A stretch of 64,000 nt of DNA, taken from IMG/VR virus record IMGVR_UViG_3300045988_171964, one strand, 5' to 3'. The DNA is from a virus. Under the pieces are notes generated by a model. That model made no database searches. It was not told where the DNA came from and worked only from the letters and a program-made list of their open reading frames with translations. Positions within the stretch are counted from its first letter, which is position 1. Every line of letters begins with the position of its first letter. Position numbers and translations under genes: made by a program. This document shows positions 34,149 through 43,405 of the stretch, in pieces.

Positions 34149-34286
34149 ATGCCCGATGAAGTAGATCAGTTCTGCGGTAACTGTTTTTGGTACAGTGTCG
34201 ACGATGACCATCGTGCCTCTGCATGGTGTGTTAAACATAATGACAAAACATCATGTTTTAATGTTTGTAAAGATCATAAATTTTAA
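34149..34286 (+). CDS. Cys-rich miniprotein 2 (45 aa), below the ORF-track cutoff
   Basis: MPDEVDQFCGNCFWYSVDDDHRASAWCVKHNDKTSCFNVCKDHKF. The start lies in a TAAGCGTATG junction. It shares the CGNC-W...WC...(T)SC..VC..H spacing. Confidence 0.55.
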   Translation: MPDEVDQFCGNCFWYSVDDDHRASAWCVKHNDKTSCFNVCKDHKF

Positions 34287-34425
34287 TTAGTGTATAGAAA
34301 CAAATGTTATATATTGGTTATCCTCAGAGTATTTATAAGTGTCCGGAGCCTATAGAGATGATGATTTCTACTCCTAAAGACTTCGGGCAGTATATACAGA
34401 ATAAACGTAATAGGAGAAGAAAGAA

Positions 34426-34683
34426 ATGACGTTAGAGTTATCGACGGAGGAAAAGATCATCGTAACCATGCTTTGGGTATTTGCGATATTCTTCCTGGTG
34501 TTGGTTTCCGGAATATTTGAAGGTGGGCATGAGCCTATAAAGCCGCCGAATATCCCGCCACCGCCGCCTCCATCTCGCCCTCATCCTCTGCTATTCCGTC
34601 GCAGATTAAGAGTAAGAACTAAAAAACGAAGAAGATATGTTGTACGAAGCAAAACAAGGAACAAAGACTTACGAATACATTAA
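34426..34683 (+). CDS. Small membrane protein with a Pro-rich and basic tail (85 aa)
   Basis: TM segment IIVTMLWVFAIFFLVLVSGIF followed by PPNIPPPPPPSRP. It overlaps the next gene by 47 nt. Confidence 0.45.
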   Translation: MTLELSTEEKIIVTMLWVFAIFFLVLVSGIFEGGHEPIKPPNIPPPPPPSRPHPLLFRRRLRVRTKKRRRYVVRSKTRNKDLRIH

Positions 34684-35194
34684 GGGTATTGTCGAAGCTG
34701 AATTGCAAGAACGTGTAAACTACAAGAAGCGAATAGTGGAAGCTATCGGTTCTGATTTCGATAAAGATATACACGTTGAGGAAAATTGGTTTCTCACTCG
34801 CCGATTTAGAATCGAGAAGATACTGGTAACGCTAGAGCAACGGGCTAAATTAGATAAGAGAGCCTGGGTGAAAATTCTTACTCATCGTTTTCCGAGCGGC
34901 GTTTATCATTACTTGATTCCCAACCAAAAGACAGAGCAGGGTAGGGCTGTTCAGCAGGTGCTTGACTCGTATAACCCTGTAGCAGGTTTCAATGATATAA
35001 GAATAGGTTTGAACCTCACAGAGCCAGTGAATAGACCGATTTGGCCGTTTAAACTCTATTTTTTCAGAAGCCGCGTCTTCTTCTATGTGGATGAGCCAAG
35101 CATGAGGTTTAGAGAAAAAGATGAAACTTTGAAAGAAATTTCCTGGCATCAGTTCCATCTTGATTTCTATGATGAATTAAATGAAATGAGATAA
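34637..35194 (+). CDS. Paralog family member B (185 aa)
   Basis: The N-terminus MLYEAKQGTKTYEYIKGIVEAE is nearly identical to member C. Confidence 0.7.
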   Translation: MLYEAKQGTKTYEYIKGIVEAELQERVNYKKRIVEAIGSDFDKDIHVEENWFLTRRFRIEKILVTLEQRAKLDKRAWVKILTHRFPSGVYHYLIPNQKTEQGRAVQQVLDSYNPVAGFNDIRIGLNLTEPVNRPIWPFKLYFFRSRVFFYVDEPSMRFREKDETLKEISWHQFHLDFYDELNEMR

Positions 35195-35216
35195 ACAAAT
35201 AAAAACATTAAAGATT

Positions 35217-35480
35217 ATGGCATGTAATTGTATTAGCAGAGTTGAGAAAATGGTTAAGGAGAAGACCAACGAGAGTGGTTGCCTTGATACAAGTATCGGT
35301 ATTCCATCGGGCATTGCGATGGTGAATGTTTATGGTTTATTCCATAAACAGAAGAAAGATGGCTCTTTCTGCGAAAAGTGGAACCAGGTAAACATCCTAC
35401 CCGAGTATTGCCCTTTCTGTGGCAAGAAGTATGTGGAGGATAAGAAAGAAGATGTTCAACAGAAAGAAACTGAGAAGTAG
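35217..35480 (+). CDS. Zinc-ribbon-like small protein (87 aa)
   Basis: CNC near the N-terminus and CPFCGKK near the C-terminus. Confidence 0.55.
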   Translation: MACNCISRVEKMVKEKTNESGCLDTSIGIPSGIAMVNVYGLFHKQKKDGSFCEKWNQVNILPEYCPFCGKKYVEDKKEDVQQKETEK

Positions 35481-35483
35481 CGT

Positions 35484-36101
35484 ATGATAAGATATTATGA
35501 AGATGAAGAGAATGCGGATCATTCCTTTATTCATCTGATGTTAAATACAGATTGTGATAATCATTGCATTTTGTGCTGTAATGACCAATATGATTTAAGT
35601 TCTGTTCCGGTTGTAACGGTTGAGGAACTTAACAACGCAAAAACCGTGTTGCTGACAGGTGGTGAACCTTTCAAAATTCCATACTTTGCAGATTTCGTGC
35701 AAAATCTGCGCGGCCAGTATAAAAACATAGAAAACCTTTATGTTTATACTTCGGGATATTCTATGTACCACAACGTAGAACAATGGAACAAAAATGAGGT
35801 TTATACCGATATAGATGGCGTAAACATCTCACCTAAAGGAACCAATCGTGAGCGTTGGGCTATACAAGGCATGTTGGGAAAGAATGCACTGGATGTTTTC
35901 TTTCATATATTTGCCTCCATGAAAAGCTGCAGGCTTATCTTAATGGACCGTAAGGAGGAAAATGACGAGCTTCTTTCTACATTGAATCTCCAACAATTCA
36001 TAGATCTTGGGGTTCGTTTCGATGTAGAGTATCGTGATTGGCAGAACGAGTTCCAGCCTAATGGAGGGGTGTGGAGAAGATTACCTATATTGTTAAATTA
36101 A
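35484..36101 (+). CDS. Small radical-SAM enzyme (205 aa), NrdG/QueE-like (organic-radical-activating type)
   Basis: CX3CX2C cluster CDNHCILC and LLTGGEPF. Confidence 0.65.
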   Translation: MIRYYEDEENADHSFIHLMLNTDCDNHCILCCNDQYDLSSVPVVTVEELNNAKTVLLTGGEPFKIPYFADFVQNLRGQYKNIENLYVYTSGYSMYHNVEQWNKNEVYTDIDGVNISPKGTNRERWAIQGMLGKNALDVFFHIFASMKSCRLILMDRKEENDELLSTLNLQQFIDLGVRFDVEYRDWQNEFQPNGGVWRRLPILLN

Positions 36102-36112
36102 AAAAATAGCGT

Positions 36113-36598
36113 ATGGATTTGAAAGATATTAAGTTTAGGGCAAAGCGCAAGGATACGTTGGATTGGGTGTATGGCCTCCCTGCTCCTGGCAATGCTTATC
36201 CTGGTGCATCTTGCATTCTGACATTTGAATCGCGTAAGGATTTACCTAAAAATGCGGTTTTCCTTGGGTGCGGCTTTATCCCGGTATTAAGTTATACCAT
36301 TTGCCAATATACGGGGATGAAAGATATGTATGGTGCAGAGATTTGGGAGCATGATTTACTTAAAGACGAAAAAACGTCTGGTATATACGAGGTGGTTTAC
36401 TTTAATGGTACATTCGTCTTTCTGAACGAAAGTGATATTTTTCAACCGGAAGGCTACCCCTGCTACAAGAAAGTGGACCATAATGTAATTCGTGATATGT
36501 TTGTTGTCGGGTCAGCCCTTGATGGAGATAGTAGCCGCGATATTCAGGAACTTTGTTCTCGTCTTGCCTCCCGTGGTTTTATCGCAGTTCAAAAGTAA
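36113..36598 (+). CDS. YopX-family protein (161 aa)
   Basis: IKFRAKRKD...ICQYTGMKDMYGAEIWEHDLL matches the YopX pattern. Confidence 0.7.
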   Translation: MDLKDIKFRAKRKDTLDWVYGLPAPGNAYPGASCILTFESRKDLPKNAVFLGCGFIPVLSYTICQYTGMKDMYGAEIWEHDLLKDEKTSGIYEVVYFNGTFVFLNESDIFQPEGYPCYKKVDHNVIRDMFVVGSALDGDSSRDIQELCSRLASRGFIAVQK

Positions 36599-36617
36599 TA
36601 ATCAAAAAACAAAGAAA

Positions 36618-37376
36618 ATGAAAGTATTGAGATTTTTGAAACGGGTGGGTATCGTTGCGATACCAATTCTTGCCGTGATTATGGTAACACTGGTCTTTTA
36701 TGGTATATTGACGTTAGCTTCTAATACAGTTCATCTTGGCAAGCTATATCTAGAACTGTTCTTATCTGATAAGATGTTAGCTGCGTATTGGATTTTTGCG
36801 AGTATAGCCGTTTCCTTTATGATATACCCTAGTCTGATTAATTGGACGAAAGCGAAAATCCGTCAAATGGATGCAGAGGAATCCAAAGCTGATGAGCAGA
36901 AAGGCAACAAGAGTGAACATGCCAGTAATGTCAAAGTCTACTCTTTTGTCCAACTTTCACATCAGCTGCAAGATTGGTACAACGTTCGCAGATATTTAAT
37001 GACTGAAAACCTGGAGACTGAAGTTTACGGCACCTTGCATCTTGATATACCAAAACAACATGCGAAGGAAAGTGATCCGTTCTGGAAAGATTGCGATGCC
37101 TTCATTTGGGCGGTCTTTGTAGATGATTGTGCAAGGAAGGCTGGTGTCGCTCGAAAAATGATGCGAGAAGCCGAGGTAGTGTGTGTTATGGAAAGATGTC
37201 TTACTGTCGGATTGCGTTGGGACGACCGCGAAAGCGAACCTTGGGTGTTAGACTGGTACACGCGCAGTGGGTATAAGGAAAAAAGAGTGGAAGAGGATGG
37301 TCACGCTCATTTCCTTGTTAAAGACTTGAGCGATAAATATAACTTGCGTTCATCTTCTAAGCGATTTTTTCGATAA
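36618..37376 (+). CDS. Membrane-anchored GNAT-like acetyltransferase-fold protein (252 aa)
   Basis: Internal ATG (MKVLRFLKRVG). It has about three N-terminal hydrophobic segments. The C-terminal VFVDDCARKAGVARKMMREAE...WVLDWYTRSGYKE resembles the GNAT core and 44603..44968. Confidence 0.55.
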   Translation: MKVLRFLKRVGIVAIPILAVIMVTLVFYGILTLASNTVHLGKLYLELFLSDKMLAAYWIFASIAVSFMIYPSLINWTKAKIRQMDAEESKADEQKGNKSEHASNVKVYSFVQLSHQLQDWYNVRRYLMTENLETEVYGTLHLDIPKQHAKESDPFWKDCDAFIWAVFVDDCARKAGVARKMMREAEVVCVMERCLTVGLRWDDRESEPWVLDWYTRSGYKEKRVEEDGHAHFLVKDLSDKYNLRSSSKRFFR

Positions 37377-37428
37377 TGCAAAAAAGATTAGTTGATAGTT
37401 ATTAAAACAAATAAAAATATTAAAGATT

Positions 37429-37734
37429 ATGGCAGAAAAAACAAAGCAGCAGAATGCAGAGAATGACTCAGAAGAAGAGGAGCTTGGCAAGCAGATTTTG
37501 CAGCTCAACCTTTCCTATCACGAGATGAAGGATGACAAGTTTACCGTCAAGGTAACTTGCGAGAAGGATGGCAAGGAGTCTGACCTAAACATCCTCACCG
37601 ATGATGATTCCATCGGTATGGTATATCAGGGAATGAAAATCGCCATGGGTACCGTGGCCCGCTTCTACCTGATGAGCCTTTTGAATAAAGGCACAATCAC
37701 TCAGGAGGAGTATGATAAAATGGTGAGTAAATAA
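37429..37734 (+). CDS. Hypothetical protein (101 aa)
   Basis: ORF preceded by attaaagatt ATG context. Confidence 0.6.
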   Translation: MAEKTKQQNAENDSEEEELGKQILQLNLSYHEMKDDKFTVKVTCEKDGKESDLNILTDDDSIGMVYQGMKIAMGTVARFYLMSLLNKGTITQEEYDKMVSK

Positions 37735-37764
37735 TACATGTTTTTAGAAACAAAAAAATAGCGT

Positions 37765-38313
37765 ATGTTATACGAAGCTAAACAAGGATCAAAAGCTTGT
37801 GAATACATTAAGGGTATTCTCGAGGCCGAAGAAAAAGAATACCAATCCTACATGAAAAGAGTGGAAGAAGCCGTCGGCTTTGAGTTCGAGAAGTATCAAG
37901 GCTATCAGCCTAACCGCAGTCTGCTGCGAGAGTACGAGATAACCGCCATCTGGTTGCCGACTGCGCAATATGAAAAGCTGGATAAGAAGTTATGGCGAGA
38001 GGTAAATAGCCAGTTGTTTGGTGATGGCCGTTACGTTTGCGTAGCGCCTAACAAGCGATACAAGCAGGGTAAGGCTATCGCCGCCGTACTTGCCTCCTAT
38101 AAAGCTGTAACCAATCATTTCAAGATATTGAAGGAGTTGGGCATAGGGGGTTCTCAAGGTAACTCTATCTCCATCACTCAGCTTCTCCGCTGCAAAGACC
38201 GTATTTTCGCCTTCTTCGATGATGGCATTCGAGCCGAGAAGTGCAACTCTGATTTCACAGAAATCACGATTAGTGAATATGAGGATCTTATTAATAGTAG
38301 CAAAGAAGGATGA
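37765..38313 (+). CDS. Paralog family member C (182 aa)
   Basis: MLYEAKQGSKACEYIKGILEAE. The start lies in an AATAGCGTATG junction. Confidence 0.7.
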   Translation: MLYEAKQGSKACEYIKGILEAEEKEYQSYMKRVEEAVGFEFEKYQGYQPNRSLLREYEITAIWLPTAQYEKLDKKLWREVNSQLFGDGRYVCVAPNKRYKQGKAIAAVLASYKAVTNHFKILKELGIGGSQGNSISITQLLRCKDRIFAFFDDGIRAEKCNSDFTEITISEYEDLINSSKEG

Positions 38314-38317
38314 TCGT

Positions 38318-38776
38318 ATGAAGATAAATATGAATCAGGTGAAGGAGAGGATAGCAGGCTTTATCTTTGACCTTATCATAGAATCGGGCAGTAAGTCTAA
38401 ATTCTTCCGTAAGTACACCAACCATCGTTTCCGTAAGCAGTACGAACGATGGGGGGGAAATGCCGCTTATAGAATATACAAACGCAATAACGATTTGGAA
38501 AAAGAGATAAGTGAGCTGCGTGAAGAGATTAATACTTTGAAGCGTAGACTTCGGGGGGCTTATAATAAGATAAAAGTCGTAGCTACAGAGTACCCTAAGA
38601 ACATCCCGTGTCCTCACGGAGAAAAAGATGAGATAAACCAAGACCTTATCAGAACAGATTCCTTAGAATGCTGGGGCTGCCCAGGTTTCGTATGTAGAAT
38701 ACCTGAAAATGGTACCATCATCTGTTGGAATAAAAACTTTGAACAGAGTGAAGATTTAGAAAATAAACAAAAATAG
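38318..38776 (+). CDS. Hypothetical protein (152 aa) with a coiled-coil region and a C-terminal Cys cluster
   Basis: Internal ATG in a TGATCGTATG junction. Features are LEKEISELREEINTLKRRL and CPHG...CWGCPGFVC. Confidence 0.55.
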   Translation: MKINMNQVKERIAGFIFDLIIESGSKSKFFRKYTNHRFRKQYERWGGNAAYRIYKRNNDLEKEISELREEINTLKRRLRGAYNKIKVVATEYPKNIPCPHGEKDEINQDLIRTDSLECWGCPGFVCRIPENGTIICWNKNFEQSEDLENKQK

Positions 38777-38779
38777 CGT

Positions 38780-39574
38780 ATGGAAACAGAAGAATATGTA
38801 AGCATCATCAAGAATATGCTAAAGTTTAGCAATATGGTGGAATGCGTTTTTCCCGACCAATATAAGTTTGTCTGTCATCTGCATAATATTCAGGAGCGTG
38901 AAGCGATGGATATGTACGGTGATCTGCGTAAGATAGCTTCGGGCCAGTATTGGAGTATCAAAGATAAGAAGGACGGGTATCTTTATTCCATGATAAACAT
39001 GGCGTTGGAAGCTAGCAAGATTCAAGTCTTCAACTCTCTCATCAAAGATACCGCAGCCATTGGCGAGGATAGAAAGCCAAATATCCTTGCGTTCTTTAAA
39101 AGAGGCGATGAGCGTTTTTCGCAGGAGTTTGATTTGCAATGGCAGGTTGCATATCTTGATATAGCCGAAATGATAAAGAACGGCTATACGCTAACGGCTA
39201 CCGCCCGCCAGGTAGATAATGTTGATGCCAAAGATTACGTAGGCGAGAATAATGGCAAGAAATCATATATTCCTATTTACGATGGTGATGTAATGCTTTG
39301 CTATGTAAGAAATCCGAAATGGTGGAGTTCTGATTGTAAGAATAGCGGTCTGTACCTATGCAAGGATGGTGTTTACTATCGTCTCATCTATACCCCAGGT
39401 AAAGGTTATATCAGACACGGTGAACCTGATACTGACGAAGCCTTCGAGTTGGATATCGAAGAGAATGCTTTCAGCAGCTATGTGATGACTCTCAGCCAGA
39501 AGTGGTATAAGCTTGGTAATATCCACGCTGGTATCGGATTCTTGATTGAAAAGCCAGAAGATAAAAAAGAATAG
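38780..39574 (+). CDS. Hypothetical protein (264 aa)
   Basis: The start lies in an AATAGCGTATG junction. Confidence 0.65.
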   Translation: METEEYVSIIKNMLKFSNMVECVFPDQYKFVCHLHNIQEREAMDMYGDLRKIASGQYWSIKDKKDGYLYSMINMALEASKIQVFNSLIKDTAAIGEDRKPNILAFFKRGDERFSQEFDLQWQVAYLDIAEMIKNGYTLTATARQVDNVDAKDYVGENNGKKSYIPIYDGDVMLCYVRNPKWWSSDCKNSGLYLCKDGVYYRLIYTPGKGYIRHGEPDTDEAFELDIEENAFSSYVMTLSQKWYKLGNIHAGIGFLIEKPEDKKE

Positions 39575-39577
39575 CGT

Positions 39578-39907
39578 ATGACAAAGCAAGAATTGTTATC
39601 TACCCCTGCCTTTAAAAATGCAAGGGATGATGCTTTTATCTATTTCGTCGGCAAGCTCCACAGTATCTACCGAGCGCGAACCGTTTACTTTACAGCTCCA
39701 AAACGTGAATTTCAGACGAATGACAGGCTTCGTCTCGGTCTATTCGGACCGCCGATAACCAAAGGTAGATTAATGGCTAACCTGTCATTTCGCCACACCA
39801 TGCCCCATAAGACAATCTGCGTTATGTTTCCCGATTATTGGTACGATTTGGGAGACTGCAACGTAGAGATAGATAGTAATGGCGATATTGTGATAACAGA
39901 AAAATAA
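39578..39907 (+). CDS. Hypothetical protein (109 aa)
   Basis: The start lies in an AATAGCGTATG junction. Confidence 0.6.
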   Translation: MTKQELLSTPAFKNARDDAFIYFVGKLHSIYRARTVYFTAPKREFQTNDRLRLGLFGPPITKGRLMANLSFRHTMPHKTICVMFPDYWYDLGDCNVEIDSNGDIVITEK

Positions 39908-39917
39908 AAAGTAGCGT

Positions 39918-40907
39918 ATGAAAACAGAAACGAAAGAAACTCCTGTAAAGGGAGCATTGATTTACCAGCCGCAGGGCGCGGCTGGTGAATATGCCAAGTG
40001 GGCAATCAATTTATACCATGGTTGCTCTAACGGCTGCACATATTGTTATAACCGCAGAGGAGTATTGAGCCATGTCTTCGGCGATAAGCCGGAACTGGCA
40101 GCACCTATCATCAGGCAGCGCGATAAGTTGCTCAATGAATATCTGAAGAAAAACAATATGACTGCACATGATGCTATCAAGAAAGGTATTGTGAACCATG
40201 AAGGTCTTATGGCTGCCCTTGATCTTATTTCGAGGGATTTAGAGAAGATAGGAATAGATAAAATACGTCAAGATGGCGGTATCTTCTTCTCTTTCACTTG
40301 CGACCCATTCGATATAGAGGCAGATATGTTTATCCTGCAGCAGGTGGTTTTACATTTGCTATTTGATCGTATTCCGGTTACGATATTAACAAAAAACGTA
40401 AATTGGATGCAGATGGGTTTGTGGAAGAGTACACTTCGAGACCTTTCAACAGATTATAAAGATATAGCCCGCCACCTTACCATCGGTTTCACTATCACCG
40501 GCAAAGATAAGTTGGAGCCTGGTGCTCCTTCTACCGAGGAACGTATCGAAGCTTTGCGTGAGCTGCACGACAAATATGTGGTTAAGAATTTTGTATCTCT
40601 AGAGCCGATAACAAGTATTCATACTGCATCGGAAGTAATCAAGAAAACATACAAGATTACGGACGAGATACGCATCGGTGCTCAATCTCCTATCAAGAAA
40701 GATAGATATGATCCCAACGAGTTTGTCGGTTTTATTGTTGCGGTTAAAACCCTGGCACGCGGTCTTGATTGCCGTTTTATGGTAAAGGACAGCATGTATA
40801 AGCAGGCAGAAACTTTTGAAGGTGCTTATCGAGATTTGTGTGTCAGAAATCTTGATGAAATAAAAAAGATTTATGAATCAAAACAAAAAGAAAATGATGA
40901 AAAGTAA
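39918..40907 (+). CDS. Radical-SAM enzyme, SplB/DNA-photolyase-like (COG1533-like), 329 aa
   Basis: NLYHGCSNGCTYCYN (CX3CX2C). The start lies in an AGTAGCGTATG junction. Confidence 0.65.
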   Translation: MKTETKETPVKGALIYQPQGAAGEYAKWAINLYHGCSNGCTYCYNRRGVLSHVFGDKPELAAPIIRQRDKLLNEYLKKNNMTAHDAIKKGIVNHEGLMAALDLISRDLEKIGIDKIRQDGGIFFSFTCDPFDIEADMFILQQVVLHLLFDRIPVTILTKNVNWMQMGLWKSTLRDLSTDYKDIARHLTIGFTITGKDKLEPGAPSTEERIEALRELHDKYVVKNFVSLEPITSIHTASEVIKKTYKITDEIRIGAQSPIKKDRYDPNEFVGFIVAVKTLARGLDCRFMVKDSMYKQAETFEGAYRDLCVRNLDEIKKIYESKQKENDEK

Positions 40908-41559
40908 ATTGAAGTATTACGCCCAGGTTGTCGGTGTTAACCTGTTGGCGATTTTGGTACCCATCCTTGCTGTTGTCCTTATTTACGCTCTCGGCAAGCT
41001 GAAGAATATCTATACCCATCCTTGCATCCTATCGCAGGAGATATACGATTGCTGTCTGGAGGCAGTCATCGTTGTAATGGCTGGCTTCTTTGTTGGTTTC
41101 TGGCTTCTTTCTTGGGCTGATAATTGGAGAAAGTCATGGCTCACTGGCCTAAGAATTAAAAATGAGTTCGATGAATTAGGAATACGTGTTGTCGTAAAGA
41201 AAATTTATCCTAACGAGGAGAGGACGGAGCAGAAGAATATACCTACGTCTGATGATTCCGAGTTTGAGGATATTTCCGGATTGACAGTTAAGGAGATTTA
41301 TCATCTTTATCAAGGTCGGGAAGTTCTGATTACGACAGGCATTCAGGCGAAAAAAGGAGGAAGATATTGCGGCCGTCTTGCTGGTTATGACAATGAAGGT
41401 TCTATCCTTTATATAGGCTTTCCTTCGTGCTACGTAGGTCCTTACTCTTTGGATGATATAAATGCTATGCGTGATACAAATCCCGAAGTCAGCTATGTAG
41501 AGCCAGGATATAAAAACTACGGTTGCTATATTCCTAGACTTATCCGCATTTATAAATAA
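40873..41559 (+). CDS. Membrane protein (228 aa; the start may instead be 40894)
   Basis: Two N-terminal hydrophobic segments. It overlaps the upstream gene. Confidence 0.55.
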   Translation: MNQNKKKMMKSKLKYYAQVVGVNLLAILVPILAVVLIYALGKLKNIYTHPCILSQEIYDCCLEAVIVVMAGFFVGFWLLSWADNWRKSWLTGLRIKNEFDELGIRVVVKKIYPNEERTEQKNIPTSDDSEFEDISGLTVKEIYHLYQGREVLITTGIQAKKGGRYCGRLAGYDNEGSILYIGFPSCYVGPYSLDDINAMRDTNPEVSYVEPGYKNYGCYIPRLIRIYK

Positions 41560-41568
41560 AAAATAGTT

Positions 41569-42150
41569 ATGAAGAAGAATTATTTGTTTGATGTTGATGG
41601 CTTGCTGCAGGTGCTGCAAGCCATCAAGGATGGGAATCCCGTGGAGTATCGCCCATTGGAGGAACCTAATTGGCGAGATTTCAACCCAGAGGAATATGAT
41701 ATTGATACGGAAAACTGTAAGTATCGTGTCAAGCCTTGTGAATATAGTGAATACGTGGAAGATGTTAATGTACCTCCTGCGCTTATGCAGGAAGGTGTGA
41801 TTTATTTCCTGAAAAGCAAAGACCATCGGAGTACTAAACAGAGTTTTGCTTGCGTAAAGGCTAACCTTTGGCATATAGATAAAAAGATATTGCTTCATTT
41901 CTTTTGGAGTGAAGACGGTGATTCAAAAAAGCTTTATGTTAGCGATCCGGATAGAAGAATTAGCCGTAGCGAGAAAACAGATAATTTTGCTAATGAAATT
42001 ATTCCTGATATAAATCTTTGCGATCCTGATAAAGCCGAAATTTATGTAGCTTCCATATCACAAGTCAAGATGTTGAAGTCAAGACTTCGAGATGTGGGTT
42101 ATGAATTAAAGGACGGACAAATGAAAAAGATAGATGGGAACAAAGAGTAA
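41569..42150 (+). CDS. Hypothetical protein (193 aa)
   Basis: ORF in the operon. The long antisense ORF 41176..41898 is rejected. Confidence 0.6.
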   Translation: MKKNYLFDVDGLLQVLQAIKDGNPVEYRPLEEPNWRDFNPEEYDIDTENCKYRVKPCEYSEYVEDVNVPPALMQEGVIYFLKSKDHRSTKQSFACVKANLWHIDKKILLHFFWSEDGDSKKLYVSDPDRRISRSEKTDNFANEIIPDINLCDPDKAEIYVASISQVKMLKSRLRDVGYELKDGQMKKIDGNKE

Positions 42151-42730
42151 ACAAGCACCGCTCCTTACTAAGGAGCAGGTATCAGAGCAGCTTCTTCAGC
42201 AGCATTTGCGCGGCTGGAAATCGAACCATAAGTTTATCGTAGAAAACCTTTATGTGTTCGACTGGGAGAGTGATATGCTCATCAAGACCCGAAGCGGATA
42301 TTGGTATGAGGTGGAATGCAAAATATCCCTTGCTGATTTCAAGAACGATTTCACCCATAAGCGGCAGAAGCATGAATTGCTGAAGAATGGAGATGAGAAA
42401 CGTCGCCGCCCGAATTTCTTTTATTATTGCGTACCATGGTACCTTAGTGCGAAAGTATATCCTCTCCTTCCTGATTATGCCGGGCTGATTGTACTTAAAG
42501 TGGATGGTAAACTGAATGAGATAAAACAGGCTCACTGCCTGCATCTGCATAAGTATACCGATGAGGAACTGAAGCTATGCGATAAGTTTTATTATGCCTA
42601 CCGCAACTGGAAAAAGTGTGTAGAGCGTAATCAGCCTACCGCAGAAATCAAGCGCCTGAAGGATGAGATTGCTTTCCTCAAGGCAGAATATAAGGCAGTA
42701 GCCGGGTGCGATATTAAAGACGCATTTTAA
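42134..42730 (+). CDS. PD-(D/E)xK nuclease-like protein (MmcB-like), 198 aa
   Basis: DWESDMLIKT...YEVECK fits a D...E-x-K arrangement. A coiled-coil tail follows. Confidence 0.5.
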   Translation: MGTKSKQAPLLTKEQVSEQLLQQHLRGWKSNHKFIVENLYVFDWESDMLIKTRSGYWYEVECKISLADFKNDFTHKRQKHELLKNGDEKRRRPNFFYYCVPWYLSAKVYPLLPDYAGLIVLKVDGKLNEIKQAHCLHLHKYTDEELKLCDKFYYAYRNWKKCVERNQPTAEIKRLKDEIAFLKAEYKAVAGCDIKDAF

Positions 42731-42751
42731 TGATTAAAAGATTTATAGATT

Positions 42752-43405
42752 ATGGAAAAGATTGAATTTACAAAGGAACAGATAGAGAAGATAGCTGAAG
42801 GCATCAGCGTCATCTGCTTCCGTTCTAACTCGAAGGCAAAAAAGTTTTTGCTTATGGAATATCCGAAGGTTAAAGACGTGCTCAGTAACTCCTGTATCTG
42901 GGATGAGCCTGCATATAATGAGGAACACCCCCAGGAAGTAAAAAGTGTGCTGCCTAGTTTTGAGGCAGTGCATACTTTCGGATCGTCGGCTTTATTCAAA
43001 CCCACTCTTGCTGAGATTATCCAGGCTTGCCCTATCAACCTTCTTGGAAACTTTAACGCTGTCACCATTCATTATAATGGTTTTATAGAGGACGCTTCCA
43101 AGCATAAGAGTATCGTGACTCCTTATGTGATTTGTGAGAAGAAGAAGCCATTCGTTCCTTTTTTCAGCGATAAAGAGGAGAAGAAGTTGCATCCTTCACA
43201 ATTAAAGATAGGCGACCTTGTAGGCACTATCATTGACGAGTTCTGCCAGGTAAGCATTGATACTATCCAGCCTGATACCCGCAACCTTCAGACCTTATTT
43301 GAGGGTCCACTGAATGAAGTTCCCGAGAAGTACCTGGATAAACATTTCCGTCCGATAGAGATTATCAAGGACTACGAAGATGAGATACATTTAATCATTA
43401 ACTAA
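42752..43405 (+). CDS. Hypothetical protein (217 aa)
   Basis: ORF in the operon. Confidence 0.6.
   Translation: MEKIEFTKEQIEKIAEGISVICFRSNSKAKKFLLMEYPKVKDVLSNSCIWDEPAYNEEHPQEVKSVLPSFEAVHTFGSSALFKPTLAEIIQACPINLLGNFNAVTIHYNGFIEDASKHKSIVTPYVICEKKKPFVPFFSDKEEKKLHPSQLKIGDLVGTIIDEFCQVSIDTIQPDTRNLQTLFEGPLNEVPEKYLDKHFRPIEIIKDYEDEIHLIIN

Noticed and set aside
41176-41898. 240-aa minus-strand ORF
   Set aside because: It spans the boundary of two well-packed plus-strand genes. It has a low-complexity hydrophobic and basic composition and no promoter or start context. The surrounding 15 kb is uniformly plus-strand.
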